DNA of 64,000 bases from Candidatus Poribacteria bacterium. Lineage in GTDB: Bacteria; Poribacteria; WGA-4E; JAJDTR01. The stretch covers positions 4,448,001 to 4,512,000 of the forward strand of contig CBDCTK010000002.1 in the NCBI GenBank assembly GCA_965222225.1, written 5' to 3'. Both the position numbers and the translations under genes were made by a program. This document shows, in pieces, positions 19,907 to 29,535 of this stretch. Each line of letters opens with the position of its first letter. The first letter of the stretch is position 1. The notes below the pieces were generated by a model. The model was not told where the DNA came from. It was given only the letters and a program-made list of their open reading frames with translations, and did not search any database.

Positions 19907-21542
19907 CAAAATCGCGCAAATTTACGGTGTAGACCCAGCGCACTTCCGGCAACTCCTCAAATTGGATAAGACTGTGACCAAGCGCGCCAAAGGCGATAAA
20001 CAAGGGTTTGCCAATCTCTCGTATGGTTTGGCGTGCTGCTTCCATGTCCTTATGGGAACTCCGGTTGCTTTCATACTGCTTTCTCGATTGTTGGATGCAC
20101 CCGTGGAGGCGTTCGACTACGCGCTTATTGCCCTGTCGTACACAATGGTGATGATAGCATTTTTGAGCTATTCGCGCCTTGAGTTTATCTTCAACCCGAC
20201 TGACTATCTCGTCTTGGCGCACACGCCGGTTTCATCGCGCACTTTTTTCCTTGCGAAGTTGACGCGGCTGCTATCGTCTACTGTAGTCATGTTGGGCTGC
20301 TTGAATCTGCTACCGGCTATCGCCGGATGCTGGACGGGGGAACGAAATCCGTTATTTCCAATTGTATACCTGCCCATCTCCCTCATCGCCGGGTTTTTCA
20401 GCGTTGGTGTATTAACGGTGATTACAGGCTGTGTGGCAAAACTACACACGTATGAGAAGCTGCGAAATATTTCCAGGTATGCGGAATTGGCTTTTCCCAT
20501 TCTTTTTCCGTTTGTCTATCTGATTGGTCCGCGTTTGTTACCGGAACTAAAGTTAGTGTCGGATAAGTTGCTTCCTTTCCTTACCGCTTTCTATCTACTT
20601 CCCAATAGTTGGTTTGCGGGGATGGTGGCTCTTGGGCTAGGACAGGTGAGCCGCCACATTCTGATATTAACTGCGCTTGCAATTACGGTGACGGTGCTGT
20701 TAGCGGCGGGACCGCTTCGCAGCGTGGCAAAGGGCTACACGAAATACTTGACTTCCCTGTTGGAATCAAGGAGAGCGCAGAAGCCCCAACTCAAACTGAG
20801 AGCGTCGCTCGTTTCACGCTTGTTTAAAAGACGGGAAACCCGCGCTGGGGCTGACTTTGTTTTCGCATACCTGCGGCGAGATAGGCGAACGCAACTCCGG
20901 GTCTTCTCCGCACTTGGCACTCCCGTTGTTTTTCTCGTCATTTTGCTTCAAGACAACCCTGTTTGGGACTGGATTGGGAAACCTTTTACCATCTGGCTTG
21001 CACTCGGCATCTCCGCTTTTTTCTTCTTTGGCTGTTCAACTATGGTCAGTTCTTTTCTGGGACAGATTCAGTATTCGGATCATTGGAAAGCCAAGTGGAT
21101 GTTTCGTTGCGCCCCATTAGCAGTTCCACACGCTTTATGGCGAGGCACGCTGGCGACAACCCTCATTTATATAGTTATCCCGTATACGCTGCTGTTGTTG
21201 ACATTGGCGACAATTTTTTGGCGAGAGCTTTGGGGAATTTTTTATCTATTACCGGGTTTAAGTGCCTTGCTCGTTTACGTTGGTTGCTACCCAAAACCGA
21301 GTTCCGGGCTACCGCTTTCCGAGAAATATATCCAAAGTGGATGGAATATGGAGCAAATTTGGATCTTGATTCGATTCATATGCACTCAACTCCTTTTCGG
21401 CGCCGTCCTGGCGATCCAATTTGTGATGTATAAGCTTCATTTAGGGTTTTATATCGGGAGTTACATCGTCATAGTCACCGCTGGATTTCTAATCTTCATC
21501 CACGCTTTTAACAAGAAACAGGAGAGGGAGGCTCATGCTTGA
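19899..21542 (+). CDS. ABC-2-type exporter permease (putative)
   Basis: Multi-TM protein overlapping the ATPase stop; PVSSRTFFLAKL motif. Confidence 0.75.
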   Translation: MLDKIAQIYGVDPAHFRQLLKLDKTVTKRAKGDKQGFANLSYGLACCFHVLMGTPVAFILLSRLLDAPVEAFDYALIALSYTMVMIAFLSYSRLEFIFNPTDYLVLAHTPVSSRTFFLAKLTRLLSSTVVMLGCLNLLPAIAGCWTGERNPLFPIVYLPISLIAGFFSVGVLTVITGCVAKLHTYEKLRNISRYAELAFPILFPFVYLIGPRLLPELKLVSDKLLPFLTAFYLLPNSWFAGMVALGLGQVSRHILILTALAITVTVLLAAGPLRSVAKGYTKYLTSLLESRRAQKPQLKLRASLVSRLFKRRETRAGADFVFAYLRRDRRTQLRVFSALGTPVVFLVILLQDNPVWDWIGKPFTIWLALGISAFFFFGCSTMVSSFLGQIQYSDHWKAKWMFRCAPLAVPHALWRGTLATTLIYIVIPYTLLLLTLATIFWRELWGIFYLLPGLSALLVYVGCYPKPSSGLPLSEKYIQSGWNMEQIWILIRFICTQLLFGAVLAIQFVMYKLHLGFYIGSYIVIVTAGFLIFIHAFNKKQEREAHA

Positions 21543-21620
21543 GCTACTTTCTTTCAGTTTTCGGTTTCGTCTTAGCACGCACCACGTATCATTCTCTTCG
21601 TCCCAGATTTTGAGGAAATC

Positions 21621-23291
21621 ATGGCACTTATCAAATTGAATGACCTTGAAGTTGAAGTTCCTGATGGAATCAATGTTGTCGAGGCAGCACGGCTGCACGG
21701 CATTGAGGTGCCGCACTACTGCTATCATCAGGGATTGAGCCGTCCGGCGAACTGCCGCATGTGCCTTGTAGAGCCTCACGTGTTTTTCCCGCCCGCCGGC
21801 AAGGTTGTTCCGGACCGTCAGTTGGCGACGGGATGCACCGCCGTAATTAGATCCGCGCCACCCGATCGGAAGCTTGATGGCAAGTTTGACTACATCGTGC
21901 AGACAGATTCTCCGCGCGTAAAGAAGGCGCGCGAGGATATCCTTGAATTCTTGCTCGTTCATCATCCATTGGATTGCTCGGTATGCGATCAGGCTGGCGA
22001 GTGCGACCTCCAGGATTTCAGCTACCGGCACGGGCATGACAAGAGCAGGTACGTTGAGGTTAAGAATGTTCCGCCCAAGAAAGATTTAGGGCCTGATGTT
22101 CTTCTTTATTCCACCCGATGTATTGTCTGCACCCGTTGCATCCGGTTTTGCGACGAAGTAGCGGGTAGCGGAGAGCTTGGTCTAATTCAACGCGGTTCGC
22201 ACGATGAGATCGATATTCCACGCGCGCATGATGGAACGCCTCTGCAACGGTTGGACAATAAACTGGCTGGAAACGTCGTGGATATCTGCCCAGTGGGGGC
22301 ACTGATTAGTAAAGATTTCCTGTTCAAGTCCCGTCCATGGTTCATGAAGAAGGTGAACAGCGTATGTCCCGGTTGCAGCGTGGGATGTAACATTACGGTT
22401 GAATTCAAGGAGGATGGCGTTTACCGCTTGAAACCGCGTTTTCACGCGGATATCAACGAGCACTGGATGTGCGACGACGGTCGGCTCGGATACGAATACG
22501 TCAATAGCGAAGACCGGCTCCAGATTCCGATGAAACGAGAGAACGACGGGCTTAGTCCAACGTCTTGGGAAGATGTACTGCAACTGATTGCGGAAAAGCT
22601 GACAGCTGCGGAAGCGGAGTCTATCGTCGTTATAGGGTCGGCGCAGGGCACGAATGAGGAAAACTATCTGTTGAAGAAGCTGGCGCATGACGTGCTCAAG
22701 ACAGATCGGATTGGCTTATTTGGGCGTATAGCGGGCGAGGAACATAAGTTCCCGCAATTCACGATTGAGGCAGACAAAAATCCTAATACACGCGGCGCAC
22801 GAGATATGCTAGGCGCATCCGCAAATGGGAACGGGACGGCCGGAAGCGTTATAGAGGGAGATAAGCTCTGGGAGAGTTTGTCCGATGCAAAAGTGGTGTA
22901 CCTCGTTAACGGCGCCCCGGAACGTCCTCTGACCGAGACGGAAAAAGCCGCTTTAGACCACGCGGATTTCCTCATTGTGCAAGATATTTTCCTTTCCGAT
23001 GTTGCACAACTCGCGGATGTCGTTCTCCCGAGCACAACTTTCACGGAGAAGGATGGCAGCTTCACCAATTCAGCGGGCTGGGTGCAGCGCATTCACAAAG
23101 CCACGGATCCCCCCGGTGAAGCGCGCATTGACTGGGAAATTATCCAGCAGGTGGCAAAACGGTTAGCTGGCGAATTTGAGTATCATTTCGCAGGAGAGAT
23201 CGCGGTGGAGATTGCATCCACCGTACCCGGTTACTCTGAAACAACGCATCAACAGATTGGGGATGGCGGGATAAAACTTCAAGAGGTATGA
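21621..23291 (+). CDS. nuoG: NADH-quinone oxidoreductase subunit G (short, 556 aa)
   Basis: CYH..L....CRMCLV, HPLDCSVCDQAGEC, CIVCTRCIRFC...CPVGAL, CPGCSVGC...C; C-terminal ADVVLP....EKDGSFTN. Confidence 0.93.
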   Translation: MALIKLNDLEVEVPDGINVVEAARLHGIEVPHYCYHQGLSRPANCRMCLVEPHVFFPPAGKVVPDRQLATGCTAVIRSAPPDRKLDGKFDYIVQTDSPRVKKAREDILEFLLVHHPLDCSVCDQAGECDLQDFSYRHGHDKSRYVEVKNVPPKKDLGPDVLLYSTRCIVCTRCIRFCDEVAGSGELGLIQRGSHDEIDIPRAHDGTPLQRLDNKLAGNVVDICPVGALISKDFLFKSRPWFMKKVNSVCPGCSVGCNITVEFKEDGVYRLKPRFHADINEHWMCDDGRLGYEYVNSEDRLQIPMKRENDGLSPTSWEDVLQLIAEKLTAAEAESIVVIGSAQGTNEENYLLKKLAHDVLKTDRIGLFGRIAGEEHKFPQFTIEADKNPNTRGARDMLGASANGNGTAGSVIEGDKLWESLSDAKVVYLVNGAPERPLTETEKAALDHADFLIVQDIFLSDVAQLADVVLPSTTFTEKDGSFTNSAGWVQRIHKATDPPGEARIDWEIIQQVAKRLAGEFEYHFAGEIAVEIASTVPGYSETTHQQIGDGGIKLQEV

Positions 23292-23325
23292 GCTGGAGAT
23301 AGAAGACCATAGGGGAAATCTCTTA

Positions 23326-23454
23326 GAGCCTGTTTGAAAAGTAGGTAGCAAAGTCATTGTTTGGTCTTTTGAGGCTCAAAATCGTTGGATTTTCAAGGCA
23401 TTTACCCCAAAATAGCCTTCCTCTAAGACGGATTCGGACTTTTCAAACAGGTTC
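23326..23454. mobile_element. 129-bp MITE with IS5-like TIRs
   Basis: GAGCCTGTTTGAAAAGT / ACTTTTCAAACAGGTTC, flanked by TTA on both sides. Confidence 0.88.
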
Positions 23455-23501
23455 TTAGTCGTGGGACTTATGTACTTCTGTTTGGCGCGAAGGATATTAC
23501 G

Positions 23502-23705
23502 ATGCAACTGGATATTGGGGAACAGAAGCTTTATGAAATTGTGAAGCAGGTTGTTTCCGAGGTTATTGATGATAGGCTGGATAAGCTGAGGAATGAAATA
23601 CGTCTAGCTGCGCTTTACGATGAATTTGCTAAAGAGGACCAACAACTCGCCGAGGAAGGGTTGTCGGATTACAGGGAAGGATTGAAGAAAGAAGACGGTT
23701 TTTGA
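23502..23705 (+). CDS. Small acidic protein, possible orphan antitoxin
   Basis: 67 aa, RBS AAGGA; C-terminus (LYDEFAKEDQQLAEEGLSDY) resembles type II antitoxins; no toxin follows. Confidence 0.45.
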   Translation: MQLDIGEQKLYEIVKQVVSEVIDDRLDKLRNEIRLAALYDEFAKEDQQLAEEGLSDYREGLKKEDGF

Positions 23706-23787
23706 TGGCAATCCAAGCCGAGCGGGAAACAGTTGTGAGTGTCTCGCAGCTGCCTGAGCACTACACAAAACCTGAAAAGGGCGAAAT

Positions 23788-24972
23788 ATGGATTTACCAC
23801 TACATGTCCTGATCATTAGTTCGCTAATCAAGATTGTCGTCGTCGTTCATGTATTGCTAATTGGCGTCATGGCGATGATTCTGGCGGAGCGAAAGGTCAG
23901 TGGTTGGATGCAAGATCGGCATGGGCCGAACCGAGTGGGACCTTGGGGGATTTTGCAGCCTATTGCCGATGGCATAAAATTCTTGATGAAAGAGGATTTG
24001 ATTCCCGACCATGTGGACAAAGCAATATACGTGCTTGCACCAGCGATGCTCCTCGTTCCTGCACTCATAATTTGTGCTGTCGTTCCGTTCGGAAGTTCGA
24101 TGACAATCGCTGGCTATCAGATTCCACTCCAGATTGCCGACATAAACATCGGTATTCTCTATATTTTGGCGATTACTTCGCTAGGCGTATACGGCGTCGT
24201 GCTGGGTGCATGGGCATCGAATAATAAATATGCTCTACTGGGTGGTTTGCGGTCTTCGGCACAGATGATTAGCTATGAGCTAACATTGGGACTCGCTATC
24301 ATCGGAATCCTTATGTTATCAGGTTCACTTAGCCTCCGAGACATCGCTATAGCTCAAGGGGCTAATCTCTGGAATTGGAACTTCCTGATCCATTTCCCCG
24401 CATTCCTCGTCTTCACGACTGCTGCATTTGCGGAAACCAATCGCTTGCCCTTTGACCTTGCCGAAGCCGAGCAGGAGCTTGTTGCTGGCTACCACACCGA
24501 ATATAGTAGTATGAAGTTTGCCATGTACTTCATGGCGGAATACATGAACATGATTGTCGGTTCGGGCGTCGCCGTGACGTTATTTCTCGGCGGTTGGCAC
24601 TTCTTCGGGTTAGAGAATCTCGGCGGCCCCATCTGGAGCGGTGTGATTTCAGTCGGAATCTTCTCTGTCAAGACCGCGCTCTTCCTCTTTGTATTCATCT
24701 GGGTTCGCTGGACGTTGCCCCGATTCCGATATGACCAGTTGATGAATTTGGGGTGGAAATTCCTGATGCCCGTTGCCCTGACTTCAATCGTTGTTACGGC
24801 GATAGTATGGATTGGGACGCAGTCGAAAGTGTTGGTGGGGGTGTCCAACGTCGTAGCTGCCTTTATTGTTGTCGCCATCGTGGCAAGTGCGTTGGCGATG
24901 CGCCGCGAACCGGAGCAGGTTGAACGTCAGGCACCTAGTTTCATGGAAGGTTCCTCATCTAAAAGGACATAG
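23788..24972 (+). CDS. nuoH: NADH-quinone oxidoreductase subunit H
   Basis: ERKV..WMQDRHGPNRVGPWG..QP.ADG.K...KE, AETNRLPFDLAEAEQELVAGYHTEYS, PRFRYDQL. Confidence 0.97.
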   Translation: MDLPLHVLIISSLIKIVVVVHVLLIGVMAMILAERKVSGWMQDRHGPNRVGPWGILQPIADGIKFLMKEDLIPDHVDKAIYVLAPAMLLVPALIICAVVPFGSSMTIAGYQIPLQIADINIGILYILAITSLGVYGVVLGAWASNNKYALLGGLRSSAQMISYELTLGLAIIGILMLSGSLSLRDIAIAQGANLWNWNFLIHFPAFLVFTTAAFAETNRLPFDLAEAEQELVAGYHTEYSSMKFAMYFMAEYMNMIVGSGVAVTLFLGGWHFFGLENLGGPIWSGVISVGIFSVKTALFLFVFIWVRWTLPRFRYDQLMNLGWKFLMPVALTSIVVTAIVWIGTQSKVLVGVSNVVAAFIVVAIVASALAMRREPEQVERQAPSFMEGSSSKRT

Positions 24973-25008
24973 CGAAGGGTTGCGGCATTCTGCACAGGTA
25001 GGAGAGAG

Positions 25009-25716
25009 ATGAACGCTGAACCGATTCTATTCATCGCTTTCGGAGCACTCACCCTCATTGGCGCGGTTGCGGTCATTGGGTTCAAGAATCCAGTCTATAG
25101 CGCTATTGCCTTAATCGTCACATTTTTCGCCCAAGCAGGGCTTTTTATTCTGCTCGGTGCACACTTTGTCGCCGCCGTACAAGTCATCGTCTATGCGGGC
25201 GCGATTATGGTGTTGTTTCTGTTCGTAATCATGCTGCTGAACCTTGGCAGCGTGCGCGCGGATCGCCCTAAAGCAGGAATAGCGAAAGGTGCGGCGATTG
25301 TCTTGGGAATTATTTTTGCGCTTGAAGGCGTGTATATCGCCGTAAATGCGTACAAAGGCACGGCTGTCGCGCGAGTAAAACAGGAAAGCGATGTTGGCGA
25401 AGGGGCAATCACCACGGCACAGCTTGAAGAGATAAGCAAGATACAGACAACCTATCAGCTCACGCGTGATGAGATTAACACCGAATACGTTCCTAAGGTT
25501 GCCACGGCAGACAAAGCCCTAGAAAGTCTAACCGCGGTTGAGGCGCAGAAACTGATTCAAACACTTCGGGGGGAGATGGGCAAAACCGAACGAATCGGTT
25601 CTGTGTTGTTTAGCAAGTTCCTTCTGCCTTTTGAGGTGACTTCCCTAATCTTGCTTGCTGCTCTAATTGGGGTTATTGCACTGGTGAAACGGGAGCAACC
25701 GAAAGGGGCCTCCTAA
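25009..25716 (+). CDS. nuoJ: NADH-quinone oxidoreductase subunit J (long soluble insertion)
   Basis: NPVYSA, QVIVYAGAIMVLFLFVIML, LPFEVTS.ILL.A.IG. Confidence 0.94.
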   Translation: MNAEPILFIAFGALTLIGAVAVIGFKNPVYSAIALIVTFFAQAGLFILLGAHFVAAVQVIVYAGAIMVLFLFVIMLLNLGSVRADRPKAGIAKGAAIVLGIIFALEGVYIAVNAYKGTAVARVKQESDVGEGAITTAQLEEISKIQTTYQLTRDEINTEYVPKVATADKALESLTAVEAQKLIQTLRGEMGKTERIGSVLFSKFLLPFEVTSLILLAALIGVIALVKREQPKGAS

Positions 25717-25746
25717 CCCTGGTTTGGGATTGCTGAGGATTGAGAT

Positions 25747-26046
25747 ATGAGTTTGGAATGGTATCTAGGTTTAAGCGCGTTACTCTTCACCGTTGGGGTG
25801 GTCGGTGTGCTGATTAGACGGAACGCCATCATTATCTTCATGTGCATTGAGTTGATGCTCAACGCTGCAAACCTTGCCTTTGTTGCCATATCACGTGAAT
25901 TGGGGGATCCATCCGGACAGGTTTTCGTCTTCTTCGTGATGGCCGTTGCGGCTGCCGAGGTCGCCATTGGACTGGCAATCATCGTAAGTGTATTCAAGCA
26001 CAGTGCAACGGTGAATGTTGATGAGGTTGATTCGCTCAAGGGATGA
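25747..26046 (+). CDS. nuoK: NADH-quinone oxidoreductase subunit K
   Basis: [29 protein letters not shown]. Confidence 0.96.
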   Translation: MSLEWYLGLSALLFTVGVVGVLIRRNAIIIFMCIELMLNAANLAFVAISRELGDPSGQVFVFFVMAVAAAEVAIGLAIIVSVFKHSATVNVDEVDSLKG

Positions 26047-26070
26047 GCAGTCTCGACATTAGGGTTTGAT

Positions 26071-27966
26071 ATGTCCGTAAACCTCATAATTCTACTTCTA
26101 ATTTCTCCGCTAATCGGATTTCTCATCAACGGTCTGTTTGGTAAATGGTTGAGGAATGCCGAGAAGTTGAGCGGTTGGATTGCGTGCCTTGCCGTCCTAG
26201 TCTCACTTATCTGTTCGGCGATCGTATTTACCCACGTCAAAGGCGGTGCGGAGCTAAACCAAACGCTCTACGAATGGATTGCCGGGGAATCTTTCGCATT
26301 CACAATCGGATTTCATGTGGATTCGCTTACGGTCGTCATGCTGCTGATTATTACGGGTATCGGCTTTCTCATCCACGTCTACTCGATTGGTTACATGCAT
26401 GGGGATACCGGGTACACGCGATATTTTGCCTATCTCAACCTTTTTGTGTTTGCGATGTTGATTCTCGTCTTGGCGGACAACTACCTGATGATGTTCGTCG
26501 GTTGGGAGGGCGTTGGACTGTGTTCCTATCTGCTGATCGGCTTTTGGTATGAGAAAAAGTCCGCAACAGACGCCGGCAAGAAAGCCTTCATTGTCAACCG
26601 GATTGGTGATTTCGGCTTCCTACTTGGAATGTTTACTTTATTCGCCGCCTTTGGTAGCTTGGATTTCGTTCCCATCTTTGAACATGCCGAATCGGGCGGT
26701 TTCAACCAAGTGTTCGGGGCAAGTACGCTCGCCGTTGCAACTTTGCTGCTCTTTGTCGGCGCCGTGGGGAAATCGGCGCAAATCCCTCTGTATGTCTGGC
26801 TTCCTGATGCGATGGAGGGGCCAACACCCGTGAGTGCACTCATTCACGCCGCGACGATGGTCACAGCGGGCGTCTATATGGTGGCGCGCTCCTCGGTGCT
26901 GTTTGAGCTTGCCGGTACAGGTGATGTGGTTGCATGGGTTGGCGTCCTCACGGCTATCTTTGCCGCCATCATGGCGTTAGCTGCGAACGACATCAAACGG
27001 GTGCTGGCGTATTCCACTGTGAGCCAACTCGGTTATATGTTCGTGGGTGTGGGCATTGGCGCCTATGCATCCGGTATTTTTCATCTCATGACACATGCTT
27101 TTTTCAAGGGCTTGATGTTCCTAACGGCTGGCAGCGTCATGCACGCCATGTCAAACGAACTTGACATGCGAAAAATGGGAGGCCTGAGATCGAAACTTCC
27201 CATCACGCACGTGACATTTCTTGTCGGGGCACTCGCCATTTCAGGATTCCCACTTCTGAGTGGTTTCTGGAGCAAAGATGAAATCCTACACAGCGCTTGG
27301 GAGAAGGGGCATCCTATCATTTATGTGATAGGATTGGTGACGGTTTTCCTCACGGCGTTCTATATGTTTCGCCTAATCTTTGGGACGTTTTACGGCAAAT
27401 CGCGTGTCGATTCACAAGTTCATCCGCACGAGTCGCCGCCCGTCATGTGGGTACCTCTGGCAATCCTTGCCATTCCGTCGGCGTTCATCGGTCTTGCCAT
27501 ATTGAGTTGGAAGGGACATGGCAGTGCGTTCCATCATTTCATCGGCGGCGTCTTTTCTCACCACGGTGAAAAAGCAGCCCGTCACGCCGACAATGTGCCG
27601 CTCTTCATGGTAATTTCATCAATTGTGGGTATTGCCGGAATTGCTTTGGCATGGGTGAAGTATCGGGATTGGACGCCACTGACGCAACCACGATCAGCAA
27701 TTCACAAGCTGGCTGCGGACAAGTTCTACGTTGATGAAATCTACAACGCCGTCTTCGTTCAAACCATCAAGAACATCTCTCAATTCGTCCTGTGGCGAGG
27801 TATGGATGTCTCAATTATTGACGGATTTGTGAACGGCGCCGCTTTTGTCGTGCGTACAGTTGGAGGATCGCTGCGACGGTTTCAGACAGGGGTTGTTCAA
27901 TCGTACATTTTGTCAATGGTTATCGGAATCATCATTTTTTTGGCGTACTACCTTTTTATTCAATAG
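26071..27966 (+). CDS. nuoL: NADH-quinone oxidoreductase subunit L
   Basis: GWEGVGLCSYLLIGF, KSAQIPL..WLPDAMEGPTPVSALIHAATMVTAG, THAFFK. Confidence 0.97.
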   Translation: MSVNLIILLLISPLIGFLINGLFGKWLRNAEKLSGWIACLAVLVSLICSAIVFTHVKGGAELNQTLYEWIAGESFAFTIGFHVDSLTVVMLLIITGIGFLIHVYSIGYMHGDTGYTRYFAYLNLFVFAMLILVLADNYLMMFVGWEGVGLCSYLLIGFWYEKKSATDAGKKAFIVNRIGDFGFLLGMFTLFAAFGSLDFVPIFEHAESGGFNQVFGASTLAVATLLLFVGAVGKSAQIPLYVWLPDAMEGPTPVSALIHAATMVTAGVYMVARSSVLFELAGTGDVVAWVGVLTAIFAAIMALAANDIKRVLAYSTVSQLGYMFVGVGIGAYASGIFHLMTHAFFKGLMFLTAGSVMHAMSNELDMRKMGGLRSKLPITHVTFLVGALAISGFPLLSGFWSKDEILHSAWEKGHPIIYVIGLVTVFLTAFYMFRLIFGTFYGKSRVDSQVHPHESPPVMWVPLAILAIPSAFIGLAILSWKGHGSAFHHFIGGVFSHHGEKAARHADNVPLFMVISSIVGIAGIALAWVKYRDWTPLTQPRSAIHKLAADKFYVDEIYNAVFVQTIKNISQFVLWRGMDVSIIDGFVNGAAFVVRTVGGSLRRFQTGVVQSYILSMVIGIIIFLAYYLFIQ

Positions 27967-27996
27967 GTTAAATAGGTAGCTAATCGGGGGTTAACT

Positions 27997-29535
27997 TTGC
28001 TACTTTCCGCAGTTATTTTTCTACCACTCATCGGAGCGATAGTCATCGCGCTAGCGAGGACGGTTGTGAGCGCGTCGACGATTAAAGGCATCGCGCTCGT
28101 AATTGCATTGCTGACTTTTGTCTTCTCCCTATCGCTTTACACCGGATTCGACGAGACGACGCATGCCATGCAGTTCATGGCACAGAAGTCGTGGATTCCG
28201 GAGCTGGGCATTAGCTACCAATTGGGTATTGACGGCATCTCGTTATGGTTGGTGCTGTTGACAACTTTCTTGACCCCGATCTGCGTCCTGGCAGCTTGGG
28301 GATCGATTGAAAAAGGCACCAGCGGGTTTATGATTTCACTGTTGATGCTGGAAACAGGGATGCTCGGCGTCTTTTGTGCGCTGGATCTCTTCCTGTTCTT
28401 CGTATTCTGGGAGTCTATGCTCATTCCGATGTACCTGCTGATTGGAGTTTGGGGCGGCAAGCGTCGGATATACGCGACGGTCAAGTTTGTTCTGTACACG
28501 ATGGCGGGCAGCGCGTTGATGCTTGTTGGAATTTTGTATCTGTATTTTCAGAATGATAACAGTTTCGATCTCATGACGTTGTACGACAAAGCCGGTACTT
28601 TGGCACATCAACGGCTGCTGTTCTTAGCATTCTTCATCGCATTCGCTATCAAGGTGCCGCTATTTCCGTTCCACACTTGGCTCCCAGACGCACACGTTGA
28701 AGCGCCGACGGTTGGCAGCGTGATTCTTGCGGGCGTGTTGCTCAAAATGGGAACCTACGGCATACTGCGGTTCTGCATTCCTCTTTTTCCTGAAGGGACA
28801 GTAGCGTTTACCCCGCTCATCTCCAAGCTTGCGGTTATCAGCATCATCTACGGCGCGCTGGTTGCCATGGTGCAACCCGACCTCAAAAAGTTGGTGGCGT
28901 ATTCGAGTGTCAGTCATCTTGGATTTGTCGTACTCGGACTGTTTGCGCTTAACAGTCAGGGGGTGCAGGGCGGAATCATTCAGATGGTCAACCACGGGTT
29001 GAGCACGGGGGCGCTATTCCTTCTTGTCGGCATGATTTATGAGCGTCGGCATACGCGAATGATTGCGGATTTCGGCGGATTGGCGAAGTGCATGCCCATC
29101 TTTGCGACGATATTCCTGATTGTTACATTGTCATCAATAGGCTTACCCGGATTGAACGGGTTCGTTGGCGAGTTCATGATCTTGCTCGGTAGCTTTATTT
29201 CAGGGGCTTTTTCAAAAGTGCACGCTGTACTTGCCGCAACCGGTGTCATTTTAGCCGCTGTCTATATGCTCTGGATGTTTCAACGAGTGATGTTTGGGAA
29301 GCTGGATAAACCGGAAAATCAAGCGTTGAAAGACTTGAACTTGCGGGAAGTTATTGTGCTACTTCCCATTCTCCTGTTTATTGTCTGGATTGGTGTATAT
29401 CCCAAGCCGTTCCTGAGTCGAATAGAAAAATCCGTCAATCACGTCTTGAAACAGCACACCAAGGCAATGGCAGCGATTGGCGATTCGAAAAACGCTGTAG
29501 TGGTAGATGCAGGGCTCAAAGGGGAGCGTGAGTAG
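27997..29535 (+). CDS. nuoM: NADH-quinone oxidoreductase subunit M
   Basis: FWE..LIPMY, K.PLFPFHTWLPDAHVEAPT, LLKMGTYG, AYSSVSHLG. Confidence 0.97.
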   Translation: MLLSAVIFLPLIGAIVIALARTVVSASTIKGIALVIALLTFVFSLSLYTGFDETTHAMQFMAQKSWIPELGISYQLGIDGISLWLVLLTTFLTPICVLAAWGSIEKGTSGFMISLLMLETGMLGVFCALDLFLFFVFWESMLIPMYLLIGVWGGKRRIYATVKFVLYTMAGSALMLVGILYLYFQNDNSFDLMTLYDKAGTLAHQRLLFLAFFIAFAIKVPLFPFHTWLPDAHVEAPTVGSVILAGVLLKMGTYGILRFCIPLFPEGTVAFTPLISKLAVISIIYGALVAMVQPDLKKLVAYSSVSHLGFVVLGLFALNSQGVQGGIIQMVNHGLSTGALFLLVGMIYERRHTRMIADFGGLAKCMPIFATIFLIVTLSSIGLPGLNGFVGEFMILLGSFISGAFSKVHAVLAATGVILAAVYMLWMFQRVMFGKLDKPENQALKDLNLREVIVLLPILLFIVWIGVYPKPFLSRIEKSVNHVLKQHTKAMAAIGDSKNAVVVDAGLKGERE

